Below are positions 10,186 to 20,950 of a stretch of 64,000 nucleotides of DNA, piece after piece; within the stretch, counting starts at the first letter, position 1, and every line of letters starts with the position of its first letter. The stretch is from Minutocellus sp. GHC0000111. Its lineage: Eukaryota. The translations under genes and the position numbers were made by a program. A model generated the notes under the pieces. That model was not told the origin of the DNA. It saw only the letters and a program-made list of their open reading frames with translations, and ran no database searches. The stretch lies in NCBI GenBank assembly GCA_977018835.1, contig OZ361256.1, positions 434,001-498,000 of the forward strand, read 5' to 3'.

Positions 10186-13100
10186 GCGGGAGGGACGGTG
10201 GATATTAATCAGTGTAAAATAGAGGATGGCATGTCTGAATCCACCTCCTCCCCGCCTTCGTTAGCTTTTCTTACGTCAAAAAGCAAACCTCCAACTCAAG
10301 AGCCAATCGTCCTCGCAGCAGATACTGGAACGACGGGACATTTTGTCCAGAAGCCCCAATGCCTGTCGTGCGATGGCCCTATTTTCAACGTCCAACAGAC
10401 AGCAATTCCTATCAGCGTCACCCTTCCGGATAATAGCACAATGACGAACACCCACGAGGCCACGCTTCGCCTCCCTGGGGTTCCCCATCGGCTAGCAAGG
10501 CCTATATTTTCAATAACATAACATCATCGCTCCTATCGATTGGGCAGCTGTGTGACGATGGATGTGTTGCCACTTTCGATAAGGATTCGGTAGTCATCGC
10601 CAAGGACAATGCCGTCATTTTGCAAGGTAAACGAGACCCCTCAACGAAATTGTGGATGGTAGATCTTAATTGCTCGCCCACCATGTCGCCGCTCCCCGGC
10701 CCCAACGTCATCCAACATGCTGCCAACGCCGCAATTGCCCAGGAGACGGTTCCGGAACGTGTAGCCTTTTTACATTGGTGCGCTGGCAGTCCTCAGCTAT
10801 CTACCTGGTGCAAAGCAATCGATGGGGTTTTTTATTGATCTTGGCCAGGCCTCACATCAAAGCTTGTACGTAAGCACATGCCACAGTCGATACCGATGAT
10901 TAAAGGTCACTTAGACCAGCAGCGCAAGAACATCAGGTCGACCAAGCCCAAACGGTCGATGGCTACGCCAAAATCTCTCCCTGGGGTGGACGAAACCGAG
11001 CAGGATCTCCACCCGGCACAACACCAACAGCGCACCAACTATGTCTTTGCTGATTGTCATGACATAACGGGCCAGATCTTCTCAGATCAGCCCGGCCGTT
11101 TCTTGGTATCGTCTATTTCTGGCCACCAGTACATAATGGTCGTCTATGACTATGACTCCAACAGCATCTTGGCCGAACCAATGAAAAGCCGATCGGGAAC
11201 GGAAATGCGCCGAGCGTGCCAAACTATTTTCGAATACCTCTCCAAGCGAGGATTTCGCCCAAAATTGCAACGATTGGACAATGAAGTGAGTCGAGAGCTG
11301 AAGGAGTTCATGGAAGAAAAGGATGTAGATTTTCAATTGACCCCAACGCACTCCCACCGCCGAAATGCGGCCGAACGAGCCATTCAAACCTTTAAGAATC
11401 ATTTCATTGCGATTCTCTGTGGTACCGATCCCGACTTTCCCCTCATCTTGTGGGATAAATTGCTGGAGCAGGCGGTAATGACCCTCAATTTCCTGAGAGC
11501 ATCCCGAGTCAACCCTCGACTATCAGCGTACGAGCAACTCAATGGCGGCTTTGATTTCAATCGCACGCCTCTCGGCCCCCTCGGATGCAAGGTCATCTTT
11601 CACGAGATGCCCTCGGCACGCGGCTCTTGGTCCCCGCATGGCGTTGATGGGTGCTATGTCGGTCCAGCCATGGAACACTACCGGTGTTACAAGGTTTGGA
11701 TTGAGGAAACTCGGGCGGAACGCACTGGTAACACACTCGTCTGGCTCCCCAAAATGATTCCGGCACCCAAAACGTCGTCGGCCGATGCAGCAATAGTCGC
11801 AGCTCATGAACTCCTGCACGCTCTACAGAATCCACATCCAGCGGCACCCCTTGCTCCCCTTCGAGACGAGCATCGTCAAGCTTTAGAAAAGCTCTCCGAG
11901 ATTTTCAACAGCGTGACCCCAGCAGAATCTGCCACCTCCGCCTCTGATGAGACGATGCAGACAACCGCAGCTCCGAGGGTGCTGGAGAACGATGACGACT
12001 CCCAACGATTCCGCCACGGTGCCATCGTCGCCAAAGTGTTTGGAGATCGCAATTACAAGGGTAGAGTCGTTGCATTTGACAAGAAGTATAAGTACTACAA
12101 AATCAAATACGAGGACGACGACGTAGAAGAGATGAACGAGACTGAAGTAGGCCGTCACCTTGTCTCCAACCCCAACGCTCCGTTACCTCAGCCCCATCAA
12201 CCTCCGAGGGTGGCAAAATCCTCCACATATGATGCAGCCACCACTAAAAGCCGTCGATCACGTCGATCCAACGCGCCACCTCGCTCGTCAGTTTCTTCCA
12301 ACTACTACAATCCTTTGGCTGCAGTAGACGAGCCCAACGGCGACGATGATGATAATCATGACGACGATGCAACCGTCGTAACATCCAATCAAAGTTCCAA
12401 TGCCCCCACCTCCCGTCGGCAACGTAAACGCAAGTCTCCAACGATCGATACCACTCCAACATTACCAGCTCCAGCAAAATCGACAAGCAAGTCCAAACCA
12501 TCGACCGCCAAACCACCTCGACGACGATCATGCCGTCAGCGAGGGTACATTCCACATCAGAACCCTCCCCCACGGCCATCATCTCGTCGTGGTGCCCACC
12601 ACGTGGCCAACATGGCAGCGTTCTCGCCTTTACCAAACCTCCAACACTTTGCTAACGCCGTCGTCCATCCCGACACTGGTGCAATGCTTGAACACCGCGA
12701 CCTCCTCAAAACGAACATGAGGGACCAATTCATTCAAGCAAACATCGATGAAATTGGACGGCTAACGGACGGCCGAGTTGGAAACAGTGCTAGCATTCCC
12801 TCCAATGCAATGGCTTTCGTCCACTGGTCCGAACTGCCTCGGGGGGAAAAAGCCACATGCCTCCGCATTGTCGCCGACTGTCGCTCCCATAAACCAAATC
12901 CCAATCGAGTTCGATGGACTGCAGGAGGCGACAAAATTCATTGCCCTGGTGCAGTCTCGACCCCGACCGCTGAAATGTTGACTGCAAAGTTACTTTTCAA
13001 CAGCGTCATCTCTACAGACAACGCTCGTTTCATGGGAATTGATATCAGTGACTTCTATCTCAATAGCACCATGCCAGAGCCAGAATGGATGTGGGCGCCA

Positions 13101-14372
13101 GTAGCTCTCATCCCCGACGAAGTCATGGAAGCCTACGACCTCCACGACAAAGTAAAAAGAATGGTCGAGCATTGGTCAGAATCGATGGCGGAATGTATGG
13201 ATTGCCCCAGGCAGGGCGCCTAGCCTACGATAAACTTGTCAAGCATCTCAAACCCCATGGCTATTTCCCTTGCAAGCGTGCTGCAGGCCTTTGGAGGCAC
13301 AACACCCGCCCAATTACCTTTTGCCTAACCGTTGACGATTTTGGAGTGAAGTGTGTCGGGAAAGAGCATGCAGACCATCTCATTCAGGCCCTCAACTCCA
13401 AGTGTAAGATCACTACCGATTGGGAAGGCCGACTTTGTTGTGGTGTTCAACTCGAGTGGAACTACGAGGCCAAATGGGTGGATCTATCTATGCCTAACTA
13501 CGTCAAGGAGATGCGCCACAAGTTCCAACACGACCGCCCCTCACGGCCCGAGCATGCGCCATGTCGATGGAATCGTCCGACGTGTGGCCCGGGACCCCAG
13601 CTGCCAGAACCGGAAGACGACTCACCACCACTCGACGCCAAAGGCATCAACGAAATTCAACAGGTGGTGGGCAGCTCCTTGCACCATGGTCGAGCAATTG
13701 ATTCAACAATTTTACCGGCGCTCAACAGCATCTCAGCGGAACAATCCAAAGCTACCGAGCGCACTCAACAAGATGCCAAGAAGCTTCTAGATTACCTTGC
13801 AACCCATCCCGACGCAGTCATTCGATACGTCAAGTCAGACATGATCCCACATGTGCACAGCGACGCCTCCTGCTTGTCAGCCCCGAAATCAAGAAGCAAG
13901 CTCGGAGGGCACTTCTACCTAAGCTCCCGACCTAAGGACCCGCACCGCCAGCCTGACTCAAGTGATCCCATGCCACCAATGAATGGAGCCATCCTCGTCA
14001 ATGCCAATGTCATCAAGCATGCAATGTCCTCAGCCGCTGAAGCCGAATTGGGAGGATTATTTTTCAACATGAAAGATGCAGTGCCAATCCGGGCAGCACT
14101 AGAAGAAATGGGTCACCCGCAGCCCCCTACTGCTATCGTCGTTGACAACTCTACAGCATCTGGAATCGCCAATAAAACCGTCAAGCAAAGACGGTCTAAG
14201 GCTATGGACATGAGATTCTGCTGGGTCCAAGATCGCACAGAGCAACGACAATTCCATCCAGGTGCACTGGCGGAAAGGAGCGCAAAATTTGGCCGATTAT
14301 TTTACAAAGCACCATCCCGCCCGCTACCATGTCAACATGCGACCAGTCTACTTACATGTAGATTCCAATTAG
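10186..14372 (+). pseudogene. Copia pol (protease, integrase, Tudor-like domain, RT, RNase H) with frameshifts and a stop
   Basis: PR ADTGTTGHF; IN KGHLDQ, FSDQPGRF, RLDNE, RRNAAERAIQTFKNHF; RT GIDISDFYL, GMYGLPQAG, LTVDDFGVK; RH HSDAS, SSAAEAELGGLF, VDNSTA, RSKAMDMRF, NLADYFTKHH. Confidence 0.93.
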
Positions 14373-14420
14373 GACTCTACATGTAGATTCAATGGCACTA
14401 GTCATTGATCTGCGAGGGTG

Positions 14421-14616
14421 TGTTGATGCCGTGGGATACGTACGTACGCACACATACGTACGGTACGTACGGTGATCAGACCACTGACTCAGTGCCCTCT
14501 CCTGACCGTTGATCCATGGGCCAACGACATCTCCGATGGCCCATTTTTCATCTACGTAGGTCCTATTAACGTCTACTAGCTATATCTATCTAGCTTAGCT
14601 TTAGGACCTCTTAGCA
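14421..14616 (+). repeat. LTR copy 3 (3' LTR, 196 bp)
   Basis: TGTTG...TAGCA, preceded by the purine-rich tract. Confidence 0.95.
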
Positions 14617-15117
14617 TGTCTACCCGAGGAGACACCCACACCCGAATGGGTGTCGGGTGCCGGTTTTTGCCGGGTGGGTGGGGGCAGATGTTCTACCCAC
14701 CCGACCAACGCATGGCGATGGGTGACACCCACCCGACACCCATCGTTGCAGACGTGTGGATGGGTGGCTAGATGGGTGTGAAAATTGCCTCATCTCTAGG
14801 CCAAATTTGCATGCAACTTTGCACAACAGCCACCACGAACAACGCCAAAATCCCCCTAAAAGTGGCCACCAAGAGCTCAAGGTGCCCACCACAGTGAACT
14901 TTTAGCAGAAGAACTCGGCTTTGCCGAAGAAAAATCTGAGTTTGAGCCTCTCATGCACCCAAAATTAGACACCCATTGCCCATGCCCGATGCCCGCCACT
15001 TCAAGCAAGCATGCAAATGGGTGCCTGCCCGTCTACCCACACCCATCCAGAATTCTCTTCGGGTAACACCCGACACCCACCCACCCATGACAAAAAGTGG
15101 TCGGGTAGACAACCCTG
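14617..15117. mobile_element. hAT-like MITE whose left TIR is clipped by the LTR
   Basis: Right end TCGGGTAGACAACCCTG implies the TIR CAGGGTTGTCTACCCGA; the left end retains TGTCTACCCGA directly after LTR3. Many ACCC/GGGT subterminal repeats. Confidence 0.7.
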
Positions 15118-15885
15118 TTTTCGGGTCGAGCAGCTCACCTACATGTAAAGCTGGACCAACTCGGCCCCGGCCGGAAGTGGTCTCTGCAATGATCATTTTC
15201 GGGTCCTATGGGGAACATTAGACCGCCAAATTGTTGTTTTACTTGCAATTACAACACAATTTACTAGATCTACGAGGGTGGATGCCTGGGAGGGTCCATG
15301 CGATACGAGATAGATGAGGCGACTGGACTTGGTTCGAAGGCACTTCGGGGCCTCTGCTCTTCACCTCTTCATCCAAAATCCACAACCCCGAATATTCCCC
15401 AAAATGTTCACTCCCATCCCATTGTTACATGTAGCCCGGGAGTCCCCTCACCAGCAGGGCTGTTGTGCACCGCGCAGACAGTCACGCCCTCCGCCCAGCC
15501 ATCACATCTTGGGTTGTTTGGGGCCTGGCTGCACGGTTGCGTTGCATCTCAAAGGTCGATAGTGGCGGCGCATCCGCCTCGCCCGAGAAGATACGAAGCA
15601 AAGCCCTGCAAATTGGGAGCCCTTTAGATGAATGAGGCAGCGTACTACTAGCTAGTAGCCGGCTGACGCAGCAGTATTATATCCCATCAACGGTTCGTAA
15701 GAGGGAGCTGTTGGAAGAGGGGTGACCAATCGACCTCGCCCGACGACAATTATCCGCAAGAAGGCAGGGGAGCATCAGCCACTTGTACCAGCCCAATACA
15801 GCTACAGCCGCTTCGGAAGTGCACCGCAACTACCAACGGCCACGATACAAACGATACGATCCAAACGCTACAGAACCCAAATTAA

Positions 15886-18100
15886 ATGGCCGACACCGAC
15901 CCCACCACTCGCACCAGCAACCGCCGCCGCAAGGCCGGCACCGCCGCCACCACCCGGCACGTCGAATTCTCCGACTTACCGCCCGCCTCCCCGGTCCGTC
16001 CCCCGGCCTCCCTGATCGATTCCGACGAGGACGACTTTGACGCCTCCGGAGCGCACGCCTCCTTGTTGGATTTGGCCGACGGCAACGCCTCGGTGATGAC
16101 GGCCCATACCGAGGTGAGCGTCAGCGCCCGGAGCTTTGCGAGCGTTGACACCGAGATGACCGAGAAGGCGGGCAATCGCACCGCCTCTGGTGGTGGAGGG
16201 GGGGGGGTGGGCGAGGAACGTCCCCAGCCGCGTCGGTGTCAAAGGTGGAGGGGGGACGGTGAGCGCCACCCAAGCCAAGAAGAACGCCGAACTGGCCAAG
16301 CGGATCGCCGGATACGAGGAGCAGTACCATCAGCAGCGGGCCGAGAAGGGGAAGAAGCGGTGGAGGAATCGCAACCACTTGAACAGCGGTGGCAATGGTG
16401 GTGGCAGTGGTGGCGTGGGTGCGGGTGGACAGGGGCTGCTGCCCAGCGCGGGATTTCCGGCCCGGCCGCCGCGGCGGCCTCCCAGCAGGCCGGTGTGCCC
16501 GGCGGTACGCCCGGCAGTGCTTCCGGCAGCTCCCCGTCCAGCGGGACCGGCGACGGGGCCCAGCCGGAGGCCAAGGTGGTGGCCGAGGTCATGGCCGAGC
16601 TGGAGGCGGAGCTGGACGCGGAAGAGGACGAGGAGCGGGCCGCCGGCGTTGGCGTTGGGACCACGGAGCTGCGGAGGAGTCGGTCGTCGGGCGATCCCAT
16701 CTTTGCCGGTGGTGGAAGTGGTGGCAGCGGCAGCGGCGGCAGGAGAAGTCGGAGCAACAGCAACCAGCACGGCATCAGCGGTGCGGCCACCCCGCCCACC
16801 GAACTCCGCCGGTACAAGTCGGCGGGACCGGAGGGGCCGAACTGAGCAAGCGCTCGACGGCCAGCTCGGCGTCGGGCGCGTCGACCGCCGCGGTGGCCGG
16901 GTCCAATCCCAAGCTGGCCCGGAGCCGACGGAGGAGCTCGCACCTGACGAACAAGGAGGGGACCGCCGCGGCCGCGGCCGCCCGAAGACGGAGCAGCAAC
17001 GCCAGCGGCGATGGAAACGGCGGCCACAATCCCGCCGCGGCCGACGCCGCCATAACCATACCCGACGTGGCCGACAAGGACGTCGAGGCGGCCGCGGCGC
17101 TGTTCCAGATGGGGCAGATGGAGATGACCAACGGCAACTTCGAGGCGGCGGCCCGATGCCTGGAGCAGGCCCTCATCATGAACCAAACCACGCTGGGGAT
17201 GGACCATCCCATCGTCGGCGACGTCCAGCACAGCCTGGGACTCGTGCAGATCGAATATGGCAAGTACGAGACGGCCTGCATGACGCTGTGGGAGGCCCAG
17301 CGCATCCGCAAGCTCAACACGGATCTGGTGGGGGCGGCCGACTCCCTCCAGGAGATTGGCAAGGTCCATCGGCAGGGTGGGCGGACGGAATTGGCCTTGG
17401 ACTGCTACGGAGAATGCCTGCGGGTGCGCAGGGCGGAGCTGGGTGATGACAACTTGAAGGTGGCCGATGCCTACTGCGACCTGGGCCACACGGAGGGTGA
17501 TTTGGGACGGAACACCGATGCCCTCCAGCATTTCAAGAATGGTAAGCTTCAGATACATCCGACTGCGATTTGGCATAGTTGACATTGTTCTTGATGCTAA
17601 CTTATCTCTCCTCTTCCTTCATGGCAAACAAAGCCCTAACGATTCTGAAGCTGAACAGCATGAACGAATCTGGTCTGGACAGCCGCAGTCAGTTGAAGCA
17701 TGGCGACCAAATTTGCCATCTACTGCAAAAGATGAGCAAGATGGAGCTGGACTTTGGAGACGTCGATCATGCACTGGCACATCTGCAGGAGTTTGTGGAA
17801 ACCCGGCGGCTTATCGGCCGAACGTCGGACGTGGCATACGTGGAGGCCTTGGTGAATGTCGGTAGGATTAGCAAGGATCACAATGGTGACGAAGGGACGG
17901 CGTACGATGTGCTGGTGGAGGCGTTGGAGGTGTTCGATGCCAGTCGGCTGGGTGAGATCAACTACGGCAGTCACGCCCGGCTGGGACAGGAGGCGCGCGA
18001 CTTGCTCCGAGAGCTCGGCGGTAGTGCCGGCACTAGCCAGAAGTCCATCTTCAAGCGCTTCGGAGTTGGATTTGATTCCTTGTCGGATGAGATTGGATAG
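15886..18100 (+). CDS. TPR-repeat protein with a long low-complexity N-terminus (intron ~17542-17630; apparent frameshifts in GC-rich runs)
   Basis: TPR-like units AALFQMGQM...FEAAARCLEQALIM..LGMDHPIVGDVQHSLGLV, ADSLQEIGKVH...ALDCYGECLRVRRAELGDDNLKVADAY. Confidence 0.8.
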
Positions 18101-18267
18101 TTCTACCGGTAATGGAAGGCAAAGCTGCAATGTGATACAGCTAAGGTATTACTTGCGAATCAATACAAATAGACTCATAAATTCTACTTTCGCTACGGTA
18201 CTTGTAGATTACCCTGAATAGATCCACATGCACACGTGCTTAAAATTCAAGCGACAGCTGGGATTGC

Positions 18268-18600
18268 CTATTCAGCACCGCCATCATCACCTACCAACCT
18301 CAGGGCAAAGTTCTCTGCCTTTGCTTGCACGGCTATGCGCAGCAGGTACTGATCCTTGAAGTAATTCACCTGCGAGAGATGATGCACACCGTCCGACGAT
18401 TGAGCCTCGTCTGTGAAGTTGACCCAATCGATCATGACAACATTCTCAACTCCATTGCGACGGAGGATGTCTTCCATGTCTGCATTGAATGCCATAACGT
18501 TGGACTTTGCTTGGTGCGGAAACTTGCTATCCATCACTTGGGCCTGCAAACCAAGTGAATTCCAAAGCAGTGTCGTCTTGCCCATGTCTTGACAGGATCG
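18268..18600 (-). pseudogene. Isolated C-terminal fragment, possibly of an SGNH/GDSL-like hydrolase
   Basis: IDWVNFTDEAQSSDGVHHL resembles the DxxH block; no upstream coding part is visible. Confidence 0.35.
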
Positions 18601-18801
18601 ACTAGCTAGCATGTGACGTGTGGTGTACGTACCGGTGCGGTGGGCAGCAGCCGCAGTAGCGTTTTGAGAGAGAGGGCAGAGGGCAGTCGAGGAGAGTCGT
18701 AGTAGTTTGAGTCGAGTCTAAATCTAGGATTCCTGCGTGTTGTTACAATACACTCTTATTAGCGGCTCCTAGGATTCCTCGGTCTACGTAGCTACTAGAC
18801 T

Positions 18802-20691
18802 CTAAATTCGTTGCTGGCTGTTATTGTGGTGGGTAAGTTCGGCGAGATTGACACTCGGCGTTCGCCGAATGCCCATGAGCAGGCCCGCTTTTGTCACCTC
18901 GGCCAAGGACTTGGCATCCGAGGCCAATCCATCTACACCGTGGCGACGTATCTTCTTGAACAAAAAGCTCAGACGCTCCATGGCAATCTCGAGAACTTCT
19001 GGAGTGACGCAAGCATAACAGAGGCGAAAGTGCCCTGGCTTTCTTTCGCTCATGGATTCACCTGGAGTAAGAACCACTCTTGCTGCCTGCTCAATTAATC
19101 TGGCCAGTCTCCGTTCGCCTTCCCAGCTCTGTTCTGGTAAAAGAGACGATAGATCTACATAGACCGAAATACCGGCAGCTGCATTGACGTACGGCACCAC
19201 CATTTCTTCCAGCTTTTGGACGCAAATGGCGTGGCTCCAAAGCAGTGTGGCTCGGCAATCATCGAGGAAACCATCCAAAAAGTTATCATCGGCCAATATC
19301 TCGGCCAGTATCATTTGCATCGGATGACTTAGCCCGCTGAAAATATTCAAATTCGCCAGGGCAGCCAACAACAACGTATTCTGCGAATACAGCACGCCAA
19401 CGCGGAACCCGCTGGCACCAAAATCCTTGCTGAGACCATACAGCAGATGGACGTCGTCGCCAAGCTCATTGTTGAGAATTCGGACCACGGATTCAAATCC
19501 AGTTTCCCTGGGTCTGTGCACAGAAAGTGCATAGATTTCGTCCACAATGGTGTGCACTCCCCTTCCGCGAGACCATTCCACCGCATTCGTTATTGTCGTG
19601 GGTCTGTAGACAACCCCGAGCGGGTCGTTTGGGTTGGTGATCAGCAATGCTCTGACTGATAGACCCTCCCGCTCGGCCTGCAGAGCAGCTGCCTCTAATT
19701 CCACCACCGTGGGACCAAGATGTGGATTGGCCATGTGCACCGGCCAAGGCACGGTGGCAGCCAGAGCCTGCAGATCGTTCTCGAACGAGGAGTAGTACGG
19801 CGCTGGAATCAAAATGACATCACTCGGTTGTGATAGAATGAATAGCACATGACTGAGGAGAGATGCAACTCCAGCTCCTAGAGCGCAGTGATCGGGGTCG
19901 ATCCTATCAGGATCTGGACCAGGCGATGATGGACGAGCCTGTGGGACAATTGTGTCGCTACTCCTGAAACCATCGTCATCACCATCCACCTCCTCTTGGC
20001 CATGTCTGCTTGTGTTGGACATTCTTGCGGTCGCATCCAGGTCATCATCATCACGCACAGATGATGTAAAGTCACTACTTGCAGCCCGCCGCCTTCTCCC
20101 CTCCGCAAAGAGAAATCGCCTTTCGAGCAGGTACGCTACAGCCTCGCGTGCCGCCGGGAGGCCCAGGAACCCATTGTACCCGTACACTATGGGATTGCGG
20201 AAGGCACCGACCGCTGTGTCGGAATTCATCAGACGGTTGGCCAGCATCTCCTGCACGAGCTTGTTCTCCGCCAGACAGAGGGCGATATGTCCCTCTGGGT
20301 TGTGCAGCGCGTCACAGGGATCCTGAAGGCAAGAGATGAACCCCGCCCAGTGGGCAGGCGTCGGCGGTAGGGCGGCTCGCTGGCCGCGTCTGCTGAGAGA
20401 TTGAAGGGCCGATGCCAGCGAATTGTTTGAACTGGCAGCAGCAGCAATGACATCTGCGACGGCGTCATCGATTATTGCCAAATTATCTTCGTCGTTATCA
20501 TCGGGCAGTGGGAGATATCGATGATTGTGGCGGTGATGGTTCGTGCTCGGCGTTCCGCCCTTTGCATCATGCATGTATCTTCGCCTCTTGCACCGCCGCC
20601 GGGCTAATCGGGTGTAGTAAATGCTGGTGACTGCAAAAATCCCGGCCGGCAGAGTAACAAGAGATCCGACATGTGAAAAAGATTTTACCAT
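18802..20691 (-). CDS. ACC-synthase-like PLP-dependent class I/II aminotransferase
   Basis: LCLAENKL, PAPYY, TNPNDPLG, VDEIYALS, YGLSKDFGASGFRVGVLYS (PLP lysine), PGHFRLCYA; N-terminal hydrophobic segment. Confidence 0.88.
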   Translation of the reverse strand: MVKSFSHVGSLVTLPAGIFAVTSIYYTRLARRRCKRRRYMHDAKGGTPSTNHHRHNHRYLPLPDDNDEDNLAIIDDAVADVIAAAASSNNSLASALQSLSRRGQRAALPPTPAHWAGFISCLQDPCDALHNPEGHIALCLAENKLVQEMLANRLMNSDTAVGAFRNPIVYGYNGFLGLPAAREAVAYLLERRFLFAEGRRRRAASSDFTSSVRDDDDLDATARMSNTSRHGQEEVDGDDDGFRSSDTIVPQARPSSPGPDPDRIDPDHCALGAGVASLLSHVLFILSQPSDVILIPAPYYSSFENDLQALAATVPWPVHMANPHLGPTVVELEAAALQAEREGLSVRALLITNPNDPLGVVYRPTTITNAVEWSRGRGVHTIVDEIYALSVHRPRETGFESVVRILNNELGDDVHLLYGLSKDFGASGFRVGVLYSQNTLLLAALANLNIFSGLSHPMQMILAEILADDNFLDGFLDDCRATLLWSHAICVQKLEEMVVPYVNAAAGISVYVDLSSLLPEQSWEGERRLARLIEQAARVVLTPGESMSERKPGHFRLCYACVTPEVLEIAMERLSFLFKKIRRHGVDGLASDAKSLAEVTKAGLLMGIRRTPSVNLAELTHHNNSQQRI

Positions 20692-20950
20692 GCTGCCTAT
20701 TCACTCTGAGCTTGATTCGATTCGATTCTACGATTCGATTCATTCGTTCAGGCGCGTCATGGTGATGTGCCCGTATCTTTTGGTTGGCGGCGCGCGCGGC
20801 GCCGGGGGGCGGGGGCGGCCGGGGGGCGGGGGCGGCCGGGGGGTCGGCTTCGCTGCTTCCTCGAATGGGGCCTTCCGATTCCTTGTGCCATCACTTTCGA
20901 ATTTCCCCGATACTTAAAACCAGATCGCTCAGCCTCTCACAGCAAGCAAG

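Larger units (their letters stand above)
8407..14616 (+). mobile_element. Full-length but decayed Ty1/copia LTR retrotransposon (CoDi-like), 6.2 kb
   Basis: Two LTRs; domain order gag-PR-IN-RT-RH; purine-rich GCGAGGGTG just before the 3' LTR. No target-site duplication is detectable. Confidence 0.95.

Noticed and set aside
10836..10838. TGA within pol (GVFY*SWPGL) as recoding
   Set aside because: Sits at a frameshift junction next to G and T runs in a decayed element.
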